In this document: in pieces, positions 37,410 to 49,428 of the stretch
Position numbering within the stretch: position 1 is the stretch's first letter
Layout of the letters: each line of letters starts with the position of its first letter
Source of the DNA: Octopus sinensis
Taxonomy: Eukaryota
NCBI RefSeq assembly: GCF_006345805.1
Contig: NC_043009.1
Coordinates: 63,364,001-63,428,000, forward strand
DNA length: 64,000 nucleotides
Direction: 5' to 3'
Notes under the pieces: model-generated
The model's input: only the letters and a program-made list of their open reading frames with translations
What the model was told of the DNA's origin: nothing
Database searches by the model: none
Made by a program: the position numbers and the translations under genes

Positions 37410-38414
37410 CTTTATGTATATGATAGCAGTGAAATATTGACAACACGTGAAAAAGAATTTTTTTTCTCACAATGGAGTCCTGAGCAACCAGAATTAACAG
37501 TGAATTTAAATTTTGGCTGTAAACTGAAACGGTGATGCAAAGTAAGGCTACATTCAAAAGCTGGGAAGGTGGTAAGAACATTAAATTTGCATTCAAAGGA
37601 AGTTTCGCCATCACAAGAAGGTGCATATTTTAAAACGAATTTAAAACAGAGGAGCGCAGACATTCTTGTGTGCCCAACAGAAGTTGCGAATGTTTGACAA
37701 ACACATCTCAGGCTCGTCTAGCTGTTGTTCCTGATATGTCTGCTTTGAGAAAAATAATGCAAAGATAGCAAAACTTAGGGAACAATGCCCCCATTAATCC
37801 CACCGATTTTCAGCAATTAGTTTTACTAGAACGATACAAAATATTTAGCACTCAAACGAGTATACTTGAAACATTTTTTTTGCTTGATTGAGGACCGGGC
37901 TCCGATTGGATCATCATCTTCAAAAGAGTGAGATGACTTCAACATTCAGTGTCATTTCATGTGTGGTTTGCTTATGTTACAGTCACAATTGCTCTTTACT
38001 AAAATTGGTTTGATTTGGGTAAAATAACATCATAGTGTTTGGTCTTTTGCCGAACAAACAACACATCACGAGAATATTCGAATCGTTGAAAAAAAAGTGA
38101 ATCCAATTTGAAGCCTACTTCAATTGTGCGTGTCTTTGAACAAGTTGTGATCAGTGCCATGAAGTAATCATTCCCTGGTGTATTATAAAAGAATGCTTTC
38201 TTCACTTTGCACAAAATCTACAAAAAGATATCGTTAGATTGGGTTTCACTTATCTTTACGACACTGATGCAAATGCTACGTTGGAAGCAAAAATGGCTTT
38301 TGCACTTGTCTTTGTATCTTTGTGCATGATTGACTAATATCTGGACGCTCTTGCAGCAGGGCTGTCACAAGAAGTTTATACTTTGCTCAATTGGTTTCAA
38401 GATACATATCTGGA
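37410..38414 (+). mobile_element. Mutator-like (MULE) transposase remnant with FLYWCH-like N-terminus
   Basis: Fragments CKVRLHS..GKVV..LNLHS, ALRKIMQR, VFGLLPNK, FEQVVISAM..FPG and CFLHFAQNL...LLNWFQDTYL, with stops and frameshifts. Cut at its 3' end by a SINE. Confidence 0.82.
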
Positions 38415-38419
38415 CCTGG

Positions 38420-38742
38420 CATTCCGTCGGTTATGACGACATGGGTTCCAGTTGATCCAACCAACGGAACAGTTTGCTCGTGAAATTAAAGTGTAAGTAC
38501 CTAAGGCACTCCACAAACACGCGCACCCTTAATGTAGTTCTCAGGAAAATCCAGCGTGACACAGAATGTGACAATGTTGGCCCTTTAATTTACAAAATAC
38601 AACTCATTTTTGCCAGTCGAGTAGGCTGGTGCAATGTGGAATGATGTGCTTTGGACAGTGACACACCGCATCGCAGGGAAACGAACACTGAACCTTACGA
38701 TTATGAGCCAAATATCCTTACCACTAAGACACACGCCTTCAC
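38420..38742 (-). mobile_element. Chimeric SINE: type D-like head with type C 3' part
   Basis: The head and AAAAATGAGT segment resemble 26848. The 3' part matches CCGTTG..GGATCAAC.GGAACCC..GTCGT.ATAACCGACGG of type C. Confidence 0.65.
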
Positions 38743-39309
38743 TTGCATGCATGTATTGGTATTAAAACAGACAAGGAAATGAAAGATGAAGTCTTCTATT
38801 TTGCCTCGAAATATGTTTTTTTTTCTTTTACCAAAGAACTTTAAACGAGATATACAATCATCCTAGGAGTAGCCCATCGTCAATTGCAGTACGATCTTCG
38901 TATGAAATATCCAACGATATGGAAAGTAGTAGATGGACTGCGAAAAATACAGAAAGGGTGAGATGCCTACTATGAACGTTGGATATGTACTGCCTTAAAC
39001 ACTTAAAACGTATAGTGAAGAAGACGAAAGAATATATAAAGCTTCTGTGAATTTTGGAAACATAGATGCTGCAGAGTACTTGAGGAATGCTGCTTGAAAT
39101 AATTGGCAAATAAAGAATTGAATAAAGTTAGCTTTTCAAAAAAAAAAACAACTAATTTTTTTATCTTTCGCCGGTTCATATGTCAAGGGAGATAACTCCA
39201 TTTAACAAATCCAGACGATTATATTGTTTCTTTCTGACCCCGCTCTCTATCCCTTTCGTTCACTTTCTCTCTGTCGTGGACCCACATCTCTAAACCACTA
39301 AGGGTTCAC

Positions 39310-39356
<47 letters not shown>

Positions 39357-39520
39357 TGATGAATAATATAATAATATAATAATAACAATAATAATAATAA
39401 TAATAATAATATATAATAATAATAATAATAATAATAATGATGATGATGATGATAATAATATAATAATAATATAATAATAATAATAATAATAACAATAATA
39501 TAATAATAATGATGATGATG

Positions 39521-39551
<31 letters not shown>

Positions 39552-39692
39552 TAATAATAATAATATAATAATAATAATAATGATGATGATGATGATAATA
39601 ATAATAATAATAATATAATAACAATAATAATCATAATAATATATGATGATGATAATAATAATAATAATAATTAATAATAACATATAATAATA
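39310..39692. repeat. Imperfect (TAA)n/(TGA)n array
   Basis: Directly visible. Confidence 0.95.
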
Positions 39693-39697
39693 AGTAT

Positions 39698-40183
39698 ATG
39701 TACATTGTTTTGTCTTGGTAAAAAGATGGGCACAGCAAATATTCTGCTCAATACCACAGATTTGCTTGTCAGTTGTTTGACCTTAACCAGTTGAGCATGT
39801 CCCTTAGTGGCTGACGATATGTGCATCTCTGATCACGAGCAGAAGTAGTGGGGGAGCATCATAGCCATGTGTTGAGAGGGATTCTTTGGGGTTTGAATAA
39901 TTCACCTCTGGAAACATGAGTGGTTTTTTTCAACATCCTTAACAACCCTTATTCAGGGACCGTTTGAGTGGGATGGGCTACTCAACCTGAAGAAAATTCT
40001 AACTGGGCCCCACCTGCAAGGTCATGTGCTGTTTATCTTGATATGAGATCACCATGGCGCGCACATATGGTTGTGATGCATGTGCCTGGTGTACCTTTAT
40101 CAGACAGGTAGTCATGATGGGTATATTGGGCTTCGTATATTTTACCCCAGTTCACTTTGATGGCATGAACTGCTCTCTTACTC

Positions 40184-40184
<1 letters not shown>
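39698..40184 (+). mobile_element. (TAA)n-associated retroelement, copy 4, 5'-truncated
   Basis: Lacks roughly the first 65 nt. The 3' end is intact and runs into (TAA)n. Confidence 0.88.
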
Positions 40185-40247
<63 letters not shown>

Positions 40248-41264
40248 TAAACTGGGAACAATGTAAGACAACATAATGTGGGAAATAATAACTACAATAA
40301 TAACAATCCTTGCTATTATATAGGCTCAAGGGCTGAAATTTTGTTGGCTTAATTCGTTCCATGTGTATGAGGGAGAGGAAAATATTTACGTCAACTGGGT
40401 TTATTTAATAAATTGTTGTGTGTGTGTGTGTGTTTACTTTAAGTTTTTAAAATACTGTCACTAAAAATGCTGTCGCTATAACAGGTTCAATATCTAGTGA
40501 AACCGCGCCAAATCAACAACGTCTAAACAGGCACGCCCAGTCGGCCCCTTCCGTTCTGTTAAGCAACAAATTGGACTTTATATACTCTTTGGAGAAAGAT
40601 ACTAAAAGCATTTGACAATGCATATAGAAAAAAATTAACTAACCAACTCTTGCTGAGGTGTTTAAAATCCGTTCACGTGTTTTCGTATTTTTTTCTCAGC
40701 TTTGATTGCTTTGAGAATTGTGGGTAGAGAAACTATTTCACGAAACGTAATGTTATGATATCATTGAAAAACATTTCTTTCGCAGTATCTCTCATATTTC
40801 AATGATGGAAGGAAGCGGCTCAAGAAGCTGTTGTGATAAATATATTCAAATACATTCATATTGTTAGTCTCAAAACTTAAAAGAATGTATTAACTTGTTG
40901 CAGACAGTCAATACAAGGGAGATAATGTTTCCTCATATTTGATCAGATTCGAAGTTTGAGCTTCAAATTAAGGAATAAGGAATAAAATGCAAGAAATGCA
41001 CATAGTTATATATTTATTTACCTATTGTTGTTGTTGTTGTTATAATTATTGTGCATTTATTACAAAATTCTTAAAATTTTTAATCAGTGGTAATCATGTA
41101 CAGCACTATTTCATTCTTTTTTGAAATCTTCAGCATGACACAACCTGAAATACATTAATTAACCATTTTATGAAGGACAACATTTCTCATGGATGGGAAA
41201 TAATTACAGTCTGAAAGAAATGCATGGAAAATGTGTTTTTCTGTTCCTTCTTTTGTCTTCGTAG

Positions 41265-41369
41265 AGCGATATCATGATTCCGTAAATGATTTCACTGCTG
41301 TACTCTACGCCGGTTTTGATGGCACCAATGAACCTTCTCCTAGCATGAAGGATTCCACAATGTCAATAG
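41265..41369 (+). CDS. Candidate internal coding exon of an unidentified host gene (phase 1-1, 105 nt)
   Basis: Acceptor tttttctgttccttcttttgtcttcgtag and donor AG|GTCAGT. Only one frame is open: RYHDSVNDFTAVLYAGFDGTNEPSPSMKDSTMSI. Confidence 0.6.
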
Positions 41370-41498
41370 GTCAGTGGCTGATGCTGTAAATATAATTAGC
41401 TTTAAATTTAATTATAATTCAGTAAAACATTTTTCATAATTAGCTATAGCACAAGTAAAATCTAATCCAATAGAACATGTGTGTGTATGTGTGTGTGT

Positions 41499-41533
<35 letters not shown>

Positions 41534-41544
41534 ATATATAGGAT

Positions 41545-41735
41545 GTATGGCTTTGTGGTTAGGGTGTTGCACTCACGATTGGGAGATCGTGGTTTCAACT
41601 CCTGGTCCGAGTGGGGCGTTGTGTTCTTGAGTAAAAACTTCATCTCACGTTGCAACGTTAATTTCATGGAGGCAGTACTGCACGTGCATTTGATTGCAAT
41701 TTAACAAATCATTCGTGCACGTCGTTCTGCAAACG
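41545..41735 (+). mobile_element. Diverged SINE type D head with C-like fragment
   Basis: TGGCTTTGTGGTTAGGG...GGTTTCAACTCC, then TTGTGTTCTTGAG. Confidence 0.65.
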
Positions 41736-41792
41736 CTGAACACTCATCGAAGAGAGATTCTGTTTTGTGTGTGTGTGCGTGCGTATGCAGGA

Positions 41793-41885
<93 letters not shown>

Positions 41886-42110
41886 GGAAAATAGTCAAGG
41901 TAGAAAATGCTAAAATAATTTTATAAAAAACATTTCAGTACCTGTTTCAGTTATTGAGACCTTTTCAACTTTAAGTATGGAAAACAATTAAATTTAGAAA
42001 AATTAGAAAAGTTTTTTTTAAAGAATATTGTTCAAATACAAGCTTCTGCCTGTCTCTGTCTCTATTGTTTACTCCTGTGGGTTCGAAGTCGTTGCGTGTA
42101 TATATATATC

Positions 42111-42447
42111 CGCCCAAAACAAAAATCGCACTCTCATCTCATAACAACAATACGACACAATTATTTCACCTCAATTGGCCCCGCTCTCTTTAATATTACA
42201 CCAAAACACATTAAAACAGAAACAGACCCTATAGGGTTCAAGAAGCCTTTGGACAGATTCCTTTAAGAAATCCCGGATAAACCCCCTACACCCGGATATG
42301 TCTCTGTAAACAATAACTCTCTACTTGAGTGGGCCATAGTGCCCAAATTCTGACTTGAAAGACTTCACTAGGTGGTGCTATTAAGTTAGACATGGCCTGA
42401 GCCAATAATGGCCGAAACCTATCAAAGTATTAAAGTATCAAAGTATA
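42111..42447 (+). mobile_element. CR1-type LINE 3' end
   Basis: Reads TIRHNYFTSIGPALFNITPKHIK...FKKPLDRFL*EIPDKPPTPGY...NSLLEW. The 3' UTR has GGTGGTGC...CATGGCC...GGCCGAAAC and an (AAAGTAT)-type tandem tail. Confidence 0.8.
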
Positions 42448-42464
42448 TATATATATACCATTAA

Positions 42465-42538
<74 letters not shown>

Positions 42539-44931
42539 CTCAATGGTAGATAGATTTAATGTAATTCAAACACAGTAATCCAGGAATCAGACATCTGGGA
42601 GCTGCGTTAGCGATTTAAGAAATCGACTGAAAATTTTCAGGATCAAAACAAAACGGAATAATGATAATAAAAACGGGAGCAAATCACACAAAAAAGAAAA
42701 ATGGACTGTATAGCATATTAATTTACAAGAAAGAAATATGGAGTGTTTAACGCCTCGGAGAATAGTCCTTCATAATAAAAAAAAAACAGAGAGAAAAAAA
42801 GAAGAAAATGATAAAATAAGAAAAGAGGAGAAAGTTCTCTCTAACGGTTTTAGATTTGTCGTCAAAGGTACGTGTATGAAATGTAAGATGGACGGAGGTG
42901 GATGGGCAAAGAAGCTGTTTTCACAAAAAGTAGATTATTTGTCAAGAGAGACAATTAGCGAGCGAGTAGTTATTTAGCAAAGAAGAATGTTTACAAATGT
43001 AGTTGAGAAGAGAAGTGCAATCAAGAATATGATTATTGTGCCTTTGTGCACGAAGGCAACTGATGTGCATGTGGAAGTGTGTGTGTGTGTTTTTATGAGG
43101 TGCTGTGCGTGTGGGTGTGAGTGCAATGATGTAGCTTTAGTGCGTAAGTTTTGGATGTGCTGTGGGTTCATGTGTAAGGGTGTGCGTGTATCAAGTGTGT
43201 TATTGTGTAGTAAATGGAAAATTTGTACTGAGTATGTGAATGTGTTGCTGTGCAGTTTTTTATGAATAGAACGATTGGCGTGTGTAAGCATGTGTTATGC
43301 TGTATTGAGTAGTGAATGGAAACGTGTGGAGCGCGCTCGTGTGCGTGCGTGCGTGTGTGATGTGTATGATAAGTGCATGATAAATATCATAGGACAAGGA
43401 GACATTGGCGAGTGTACCGAGACAGAAGAGCGTTGGCGAGTGTGCCGAGACAGAAGAGGAATGCGGACACACAAAGAGTTGTGAGTGTGTTATCTGTATG
43501 TATGTATATGTATGTGTGTGAAGGATGGGAGCTGTATACGGGTATTTCGAAGTAGTGAGTGTGTATGCTTTTAGAGTGAGGTGTGTGTGTAGTGCGTGTG
43601 GAGTCATTCAGTGCGTATGTGTGTATTTGGAAGCCGTGTACGTGTTTTGTGTTTGAGCTGGGTGCATGGGTAGTGGTGATGCATGTATAGGTACACGGAT
43701 CTGTGTGCGTGTGTGTGTATGTATGTGCGTGCGTGTGTTCGTGAACCTGTGTAACCAAGGAGAAGCTTGTTTAAGCCGTGTGGATGTGTTGTGCCAAGGT
43801 GGAGAGTAAGTTATTTGGGTTGTAGTCAAGCTACAGGAGAACGATGGCGTAGGAGAATACCAGAGATTGGAAGATATAGAGAAGATTGATCAACTGAGCT
43901 GAATCGATGGGCCACAGGTGACCGGTGGCATTTAATAGAGTAAAGGAAGTTACTGTTTGTAGTGTGGAGCACGAAATTCTCAGGCAATGGTTCGAGTTCG
44001 AATGGCAATGGATACGGGGACAGGCAAAGAATCAAGGATAAGCCTAAGAATGTGCCAATAAATCACTCCGATTGCGAGTGCGCTTGATAGAGTAGGTATT
44101 TGGGAAGGAGCTCGGAAGGGATGAGGTCCGACTGAAGTGCTGTAGGCTGGTGTGTTGAGGGGGGTAACGTGTAGGAGTGAGAGATGGAAGGAAAAGGAAA
44201 GCGGTTTCTGTTGGGATGGGCACGAAGCAAACGAGCAAACGTATTCTAGACTCCTGTGTACGGTTCTCAAATAACCGGAAGTCTCGAACAACCGGTACCC
44301 AAATAAAAAAAAAATAGAGAAAATGAAGAGTCAAGAGATTTTATGCTAACTTTTGTTAATTAATTGTCACCAAAAGAAAGTTTTACTGCGTCTAAAATGA
44401 ATCATTGCTTCTCAAAGTACAGTGTTTTATTTTACTGTATTTATAGGACCTGTATTTTATTAGGTTAATAAATCTTGTTCTTTACTTAAATCATATTTTT
44501 TTTATTTCTTTCTATTTCTCTCATTTCTACGATATTTAGAATATTAATGACAATTCTGATGTATGTGTGTATGTGTTTATATGCGTGTGCGTGTGCAGTA
44601 TATGTCAATGACAAATTATTTTCCACGCATCGGTACTTATGCACGTGGATGTGTGTGTGAAATGTGAAAGTGTGAGTCTGCTTCTGTTTACATCTATGTA
44701 TGTATGAATATCTGCAATATAATGTGTATAAATTTATATGCACGCGTATATATGTGATGCCTATGCGAATGCATGTGTGTGTTTGCGCGTATGTACGTAT
44801 GAGTGTTTACGCATGCGTGTTGGTGCTAATACGTGTGCGTGTGCGGTGTATGTCAACGATGGATTGTTTTTGCACGCATCGATACTCATGGACGTGGTTG
44901 CGTGTATGTATGTGTGTGTGTGTGTGTGTGG

Positions 44932-44980
<49 letters not shown>

Positions 44981-45359
44981 CTAAATTTTGATCTGTCCAA
45001 TTGTAAGTGTACATGTACACAGGCCACTCGGGGGTTTTCGTGCCTTGTAATTTCCTGGGTTTCTTTTATTTAGACAGACATTTAAGCGGCGTCTGAACGT
45101 GAAACCCTATCTCTAACACAAACATCATGCTACAGCTACAAACAGCTTCTCTGAGTAACAGAACACACACACACACGCTACATGGGTGTGCGTACGGCCA
45201 TACGCATGCCTTCAGATACACGAAAACTCACACACACACACACACACACACATACACACACACACACACATTCATTCATATACGTAGCTGTATATATATC
45301 TGTATGTATATGTATATATGCTGAGGACTTACCACATAATTGCGTGTATATATATATAT

Positions 45360-45401
<42 letters not shown>

Positions 45402-45468
45402 ATATATATATATATATATACATATATATGTATATATATATATATACATATATATGTATATATATATA

Positions 45469-45519
<51 letters not shown>

Positions 45520-45629
45520 ACATATATATATACACACACACATACACACTCATATTTCAAATTACTATGCTCCTATGTATATATATATATATATATATAT
45601 GGTGTGTGTGTTTGTGTGTGTGTGTGTGT

Positions 45630-45667
<38 letters not shown>

Positions 45668-46461
45668 CGTGCGTGCGTGTGTATACGTATGTCTATTTTA
45701 GTGAACATGATGGAATACCGTCCGCTACATAGAAATTCATAAGCGGTCCCTCGCTATATTTAGAAAATGTTGACCTTGTCTGCAGTGACCCTGGGGGGGA
45801 ATGAGTGCACGTTTATCACGACTTCAAAAATGTCACTTTACCAAGTGAAATTACTCACCAGTTAACCCAGGCAACTCCTTAGCAGATTTAATGATCTTAA
45901 AATTTACGCTTTTTTACAAAATTACAATAGCAAATGTGGGTGACCCTACAAGTAGTAGTATCAGAATACCACTATTGTAGCTAAAACAGTTGTGATACCC
46001 GTATATCTGCACTGGGTAGGAGTATTATAACGTCAGTCTATTAAAATAGACATTCATATTTCTCTTCTTAAGAAGGCGGCTGTGTCGGAGAAAATGTCGG
46101 ACAAAATGCTTAGCGGTATTTCGTCCGACTTTACATATACATAGATATACACACTCATATTTCAAATTACTATGCTCCTATATGTATATATATATATATA
46201 TGGTGAAAATTCACAAAAAAAATAAACAAAAAACGAAGACAGGTGGTGTAGACAACAAACAGATGTATTAGTTTAACGCTCCTCGGGAAGTGAAAAAGTC
46301 TTTAACGTTTCGAGCCTACGATCTTCCACAGAAAGGAACACGGAAAGAAACAAGGAGAGAAAATTATGAATGTGTAGTGGCTAACGATCTATCATGGTGA
46401 AGGCCGGACAAAAGGGGCGCACAGGAGAGCTAGGGAGAAGGGGAGATAACAAAGTGGTGAT

Positions 46462-46513
<52 letters not shown>

Positions 46514-46658
46514 ATATAATATATATAATTCAGCAAAACAATTAAGATTCAAATGAATATGGTACTTAACTTAGATGCACCAGAATTCTTTATGGTATTA
46601 ACCATAAAAATATATGGGGTGATTATAGCCAAGAAAAAAGTAACAACAATGGATCAGT

Positions 46659-46750
46659 AATTCGGTACAATTGTTTCATACTGAGAACATTTTTATTTAA
46701 AGCTGCAAATATTACAGCAAATATAATGTCAAGTATTCATCAGCCAAATC
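46659..46750 (-). ncRNA. Type I hammerhead ribozyme motif with extended stem II (left arm)
   Basis: GATTTGG-CTGATGA-long hairpin closed by ATACT/AGTAT-GAA-ACAATTGT-A-CCGAATT. Confidence 0.75.
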
Positions 46751-46893
46751 ACATATATGTTTTCCAACCATCCTAGAGAGTGTAAATATCCTTATGAAGC
46801 ATTCAGAGTGAGTTCTATGACTTTGAAGTAAGGTAATAAGCAGACTTTATATAAGGATATTTACACTTTCTAGGATGGTTGGAAAACATATGT

Positions 46894-46985
46894 GATTTGG
46901 CTGATGAATTCTTGACATTATATTTGCTTTAATATTTACAGCTTCAAATAAAAATGTTCACAGTATGAAACAATTGTACCGAATT
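46894..46985 (+). ncRNA. Type I hammerhead ribozyme motif with extended stem II (right arm)
   Basis: Same architecture as the left arm. GUA at 46976-46978, 7-bp stem I, two extra mismatches in stem II. Confidence 0.7.
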
Positions 46986-47059
46986 ACTGATCCATTGTTG
47001 TTACTTTTTTCTTGGCTACATATATATTTAAAAAACATTTTTTTAATTATTAATATAAA

Positions 47060-47574
47060 TCTATATATATAAAACTGTAGTTGTGTGAGTGTCTGTCCCC
47101 TTCGATTTAGATTCCTAACTCCTCCCACATTTTGCGGTGCAGTTTAACCAAATTCGGGTATCTTATAGTCGTGATTAATATCGAGCCCGTCTGGCTATTA
47201 GCGCGCGTCTACGATGAGTCTACGATTTTAAAAATAATTTAACATCATTTTTTATTCCATTTTAATGCATAATTTTTCGTGTGTCGATGGTGGCGGAGTT
47301 GGCGTCCATGGTCACACCTGCACCTGTGTTTGCTTCTCCCCCTTCTTCCCTCCCTCGTGAAGCTGTGGGGAAGGGAGCGTAAGGAAATCAACGTCGTAAT
47401 GCGTTGTCAAGGAGACCAACGTTCTTTTAGAACAACGACTTCATGGCTTGAAGACACCAAAACAGAAATGGCTAAGAAATCCCGAATTGGCATCTATAAG
47501 GGAAGTAACTCTCTAAAAATGCTTATATAGTTATTTCCCTTACAAATCCGAGCAACGCCGGGCGATACTGCTAG
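47060..47574 (+). mobile_element. Non-autonomous Helitron
   Basis: A|TCTATATATATAAAA 5' end, subterminal CCGAGCAACGCCGG hairpin, CTAG|T 3' end, no TSD. Confidence 0.85.
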
Positions 47575-47746
47575 TATAAATATAAATTAATAATTTTAAA
47601 TTTAAATAATTTAAATTTCAAATTTTATATTTTATATATTTTGTAAATTATATAAATTATTTTTATTTTATGTTTTGGTTTATGTTTTTCACTGTTTGAT
47701 TTGCCTAATAGTGGTTTTATCTCTAATTTAATTTATATATATTATA

Positions 47747-47818
<72 letters not shown>

Positions 47819-47954
47819 CACGCACACGCATCTCTTTCACTCTCTGTAAATAATATATACGTATATGTGTTTGTGTGTGTATGTGTATGTCTATTTTAGT
47901 GATTTCCATTGTGTGAATATGATGGAACACCGTCTGCTATATAGAAATCCGTAA

Positions 47955-48350
47955 GTCCATCTTTACGTTCTGAGTTCAAATTCCGCCGATGTTGACTTAG
48001 CCTTTCATCCTGTTGGGGGTCGATAAGATAATTGCCATTTGATCCCCGGGTTCGGTGTAATCGATTAGCACCCCCACCCACCCAAATTTTAGACCCTGTG
48101 CTTAAAGCAGCAAGATTTATTACTGTTCTTAAGGCAGTTAATGGGCAGAATCGTTAGCAAGCCGGATAAAATGCTTAGCAGCATTTTGTCCGTCTTTCCG
48201 TTCTGATTTGAAATTTTGCCCGAGGTCGACTTTGCGTTTCATTCAATCAGAGTCAATAAAACATATAGCACTTGAGCCCTGGAATCCATGGAATTGACTC
48301 ATCCCTTCTTCAAAATGTCAGGCCTTGTGTCGCCTGTAGCAGAAAGGATT
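47955..48350 (+). mobile_element. Two diverged SINE type A copies
   Basis: B-box and central motifs are recognisable. Confidence 0.7.
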
Positions 48351-49009
48351 AACACCGTTCTTATATTGCTAATGACGTCAATGGATCGGTGGCTGCAACA
48401 AAGTCATTCATGATTGTCATTGACTTCAGTTTCCTGAGAAAGTGTCATTTAATCACAATTTAACTACAAGGAAACAAAGAAACAGAAAAATGGAAAAATA
48501 AGGAATGGGATTAAACAACAGAAGATGGAAGAGAAAGAGGAAGAGAAAGAGGAGGAGGAGGAGGGGGTTAATGAGTTAGAATAAAATCAAGTAACACTGG
48601 CACGAACATCCGTAAATATGTTTCAAGATTAGATATCGTCAGATTTACATTTACATCACCAACCTAGCTGCACCCGGTGCTTACAAAGTCCTGACTAACT
48701 CTTCCCACAAAAACCTTCTGCTACCAACAGATGTGAACTGTACAACTTTATGGTATTTAGTTATGTATAGCATTGGCGAACTGTGCTGAGAGCAACACAA
48801 TACGAGTAAGATGTGAACAGCAGACGTTTCGGCTATTTGTTGCGGTTCAATATTGGCGAAACCATCTGTCATTGTTCCTAACCCATGGCATAAAAGAAGC
48901 GCATAAACTTAGATCTGTCTATCTGTTGGCCTTTCATTCTTCCTTTTTTTTCTTTCTTTCTTTCTTCCTTTCTTTCCTTCTTTCTTTCTTTCTTTCTTTT
49001 CTTCTTTAT

Positions 49010-49428
49010 ACTCTCTTTTACTCTTTTACTTGTTTCAGTCATGTGACTGCGGCCATGCTGGAGCACCGCCTTTAGTCGAGCAAATCGACCCCAGGACTTA
49101 TTCTTTGTAAGTCTAGTACTTATTCTATCGGTCTCTTTTGCCGAATCGCTAAGTTACGGGGACGTAAACAGACCAACGTCGGTTGTCAAGCGATGGTGGT
49201 GGTGGTGGGACAAACACAGACACACAAACATATACACACACATACATATGTATATATACATATATACGACGGGCTTCTTTCAGTTTCCATCTACCATATC
49301 CAATCACAAGGCTTTGGTCGGCCCGAGGCTATAGTAGGAGACACTTGCCCAAGGTGCCACGCAGTGGGACTGAACCCGGAACCATGTGGTTGCTAAGCAA
49401 GCTACTTACCACACAGCCACTTCTACGC
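49010..49428 (-). mobile_element. SINE type B, full length
   Basis: Reverse complement of the 33968-34377 sequence. Confidence 0.9.

Larger units (their letters stand above)
46626..47018. repeat. Long fold-back: ~170-bp inverted arms with 55-bp spacer
   Basis: Left arm 46626-46795 is the reverse complement of right arm 46851-47018, with a few mismatches and one 2-nt indel. Confidence 0.92.

Noticed and set aside
43395-43460. Direct repeat TTGGCGAGTGT.CCGAGACAGAAGAG x2 as CRISPR-like
   Set aside because: Only two adjacent units with no spacers, in a eukaryotic context. A simple tandem duplication.
43810-44330. Purine-rich, GC-richer island as a possible exon or LINE remnant
   Set aside because: Stops in all plus frames, no convincing motif and no splice pair.
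46290-46340. Minus-strand CTGTGGA..GAAACGTT hammerhead-like segment
   Set aside because: Core A6 is replaced, the triplet is GUU and stem II is out of register.
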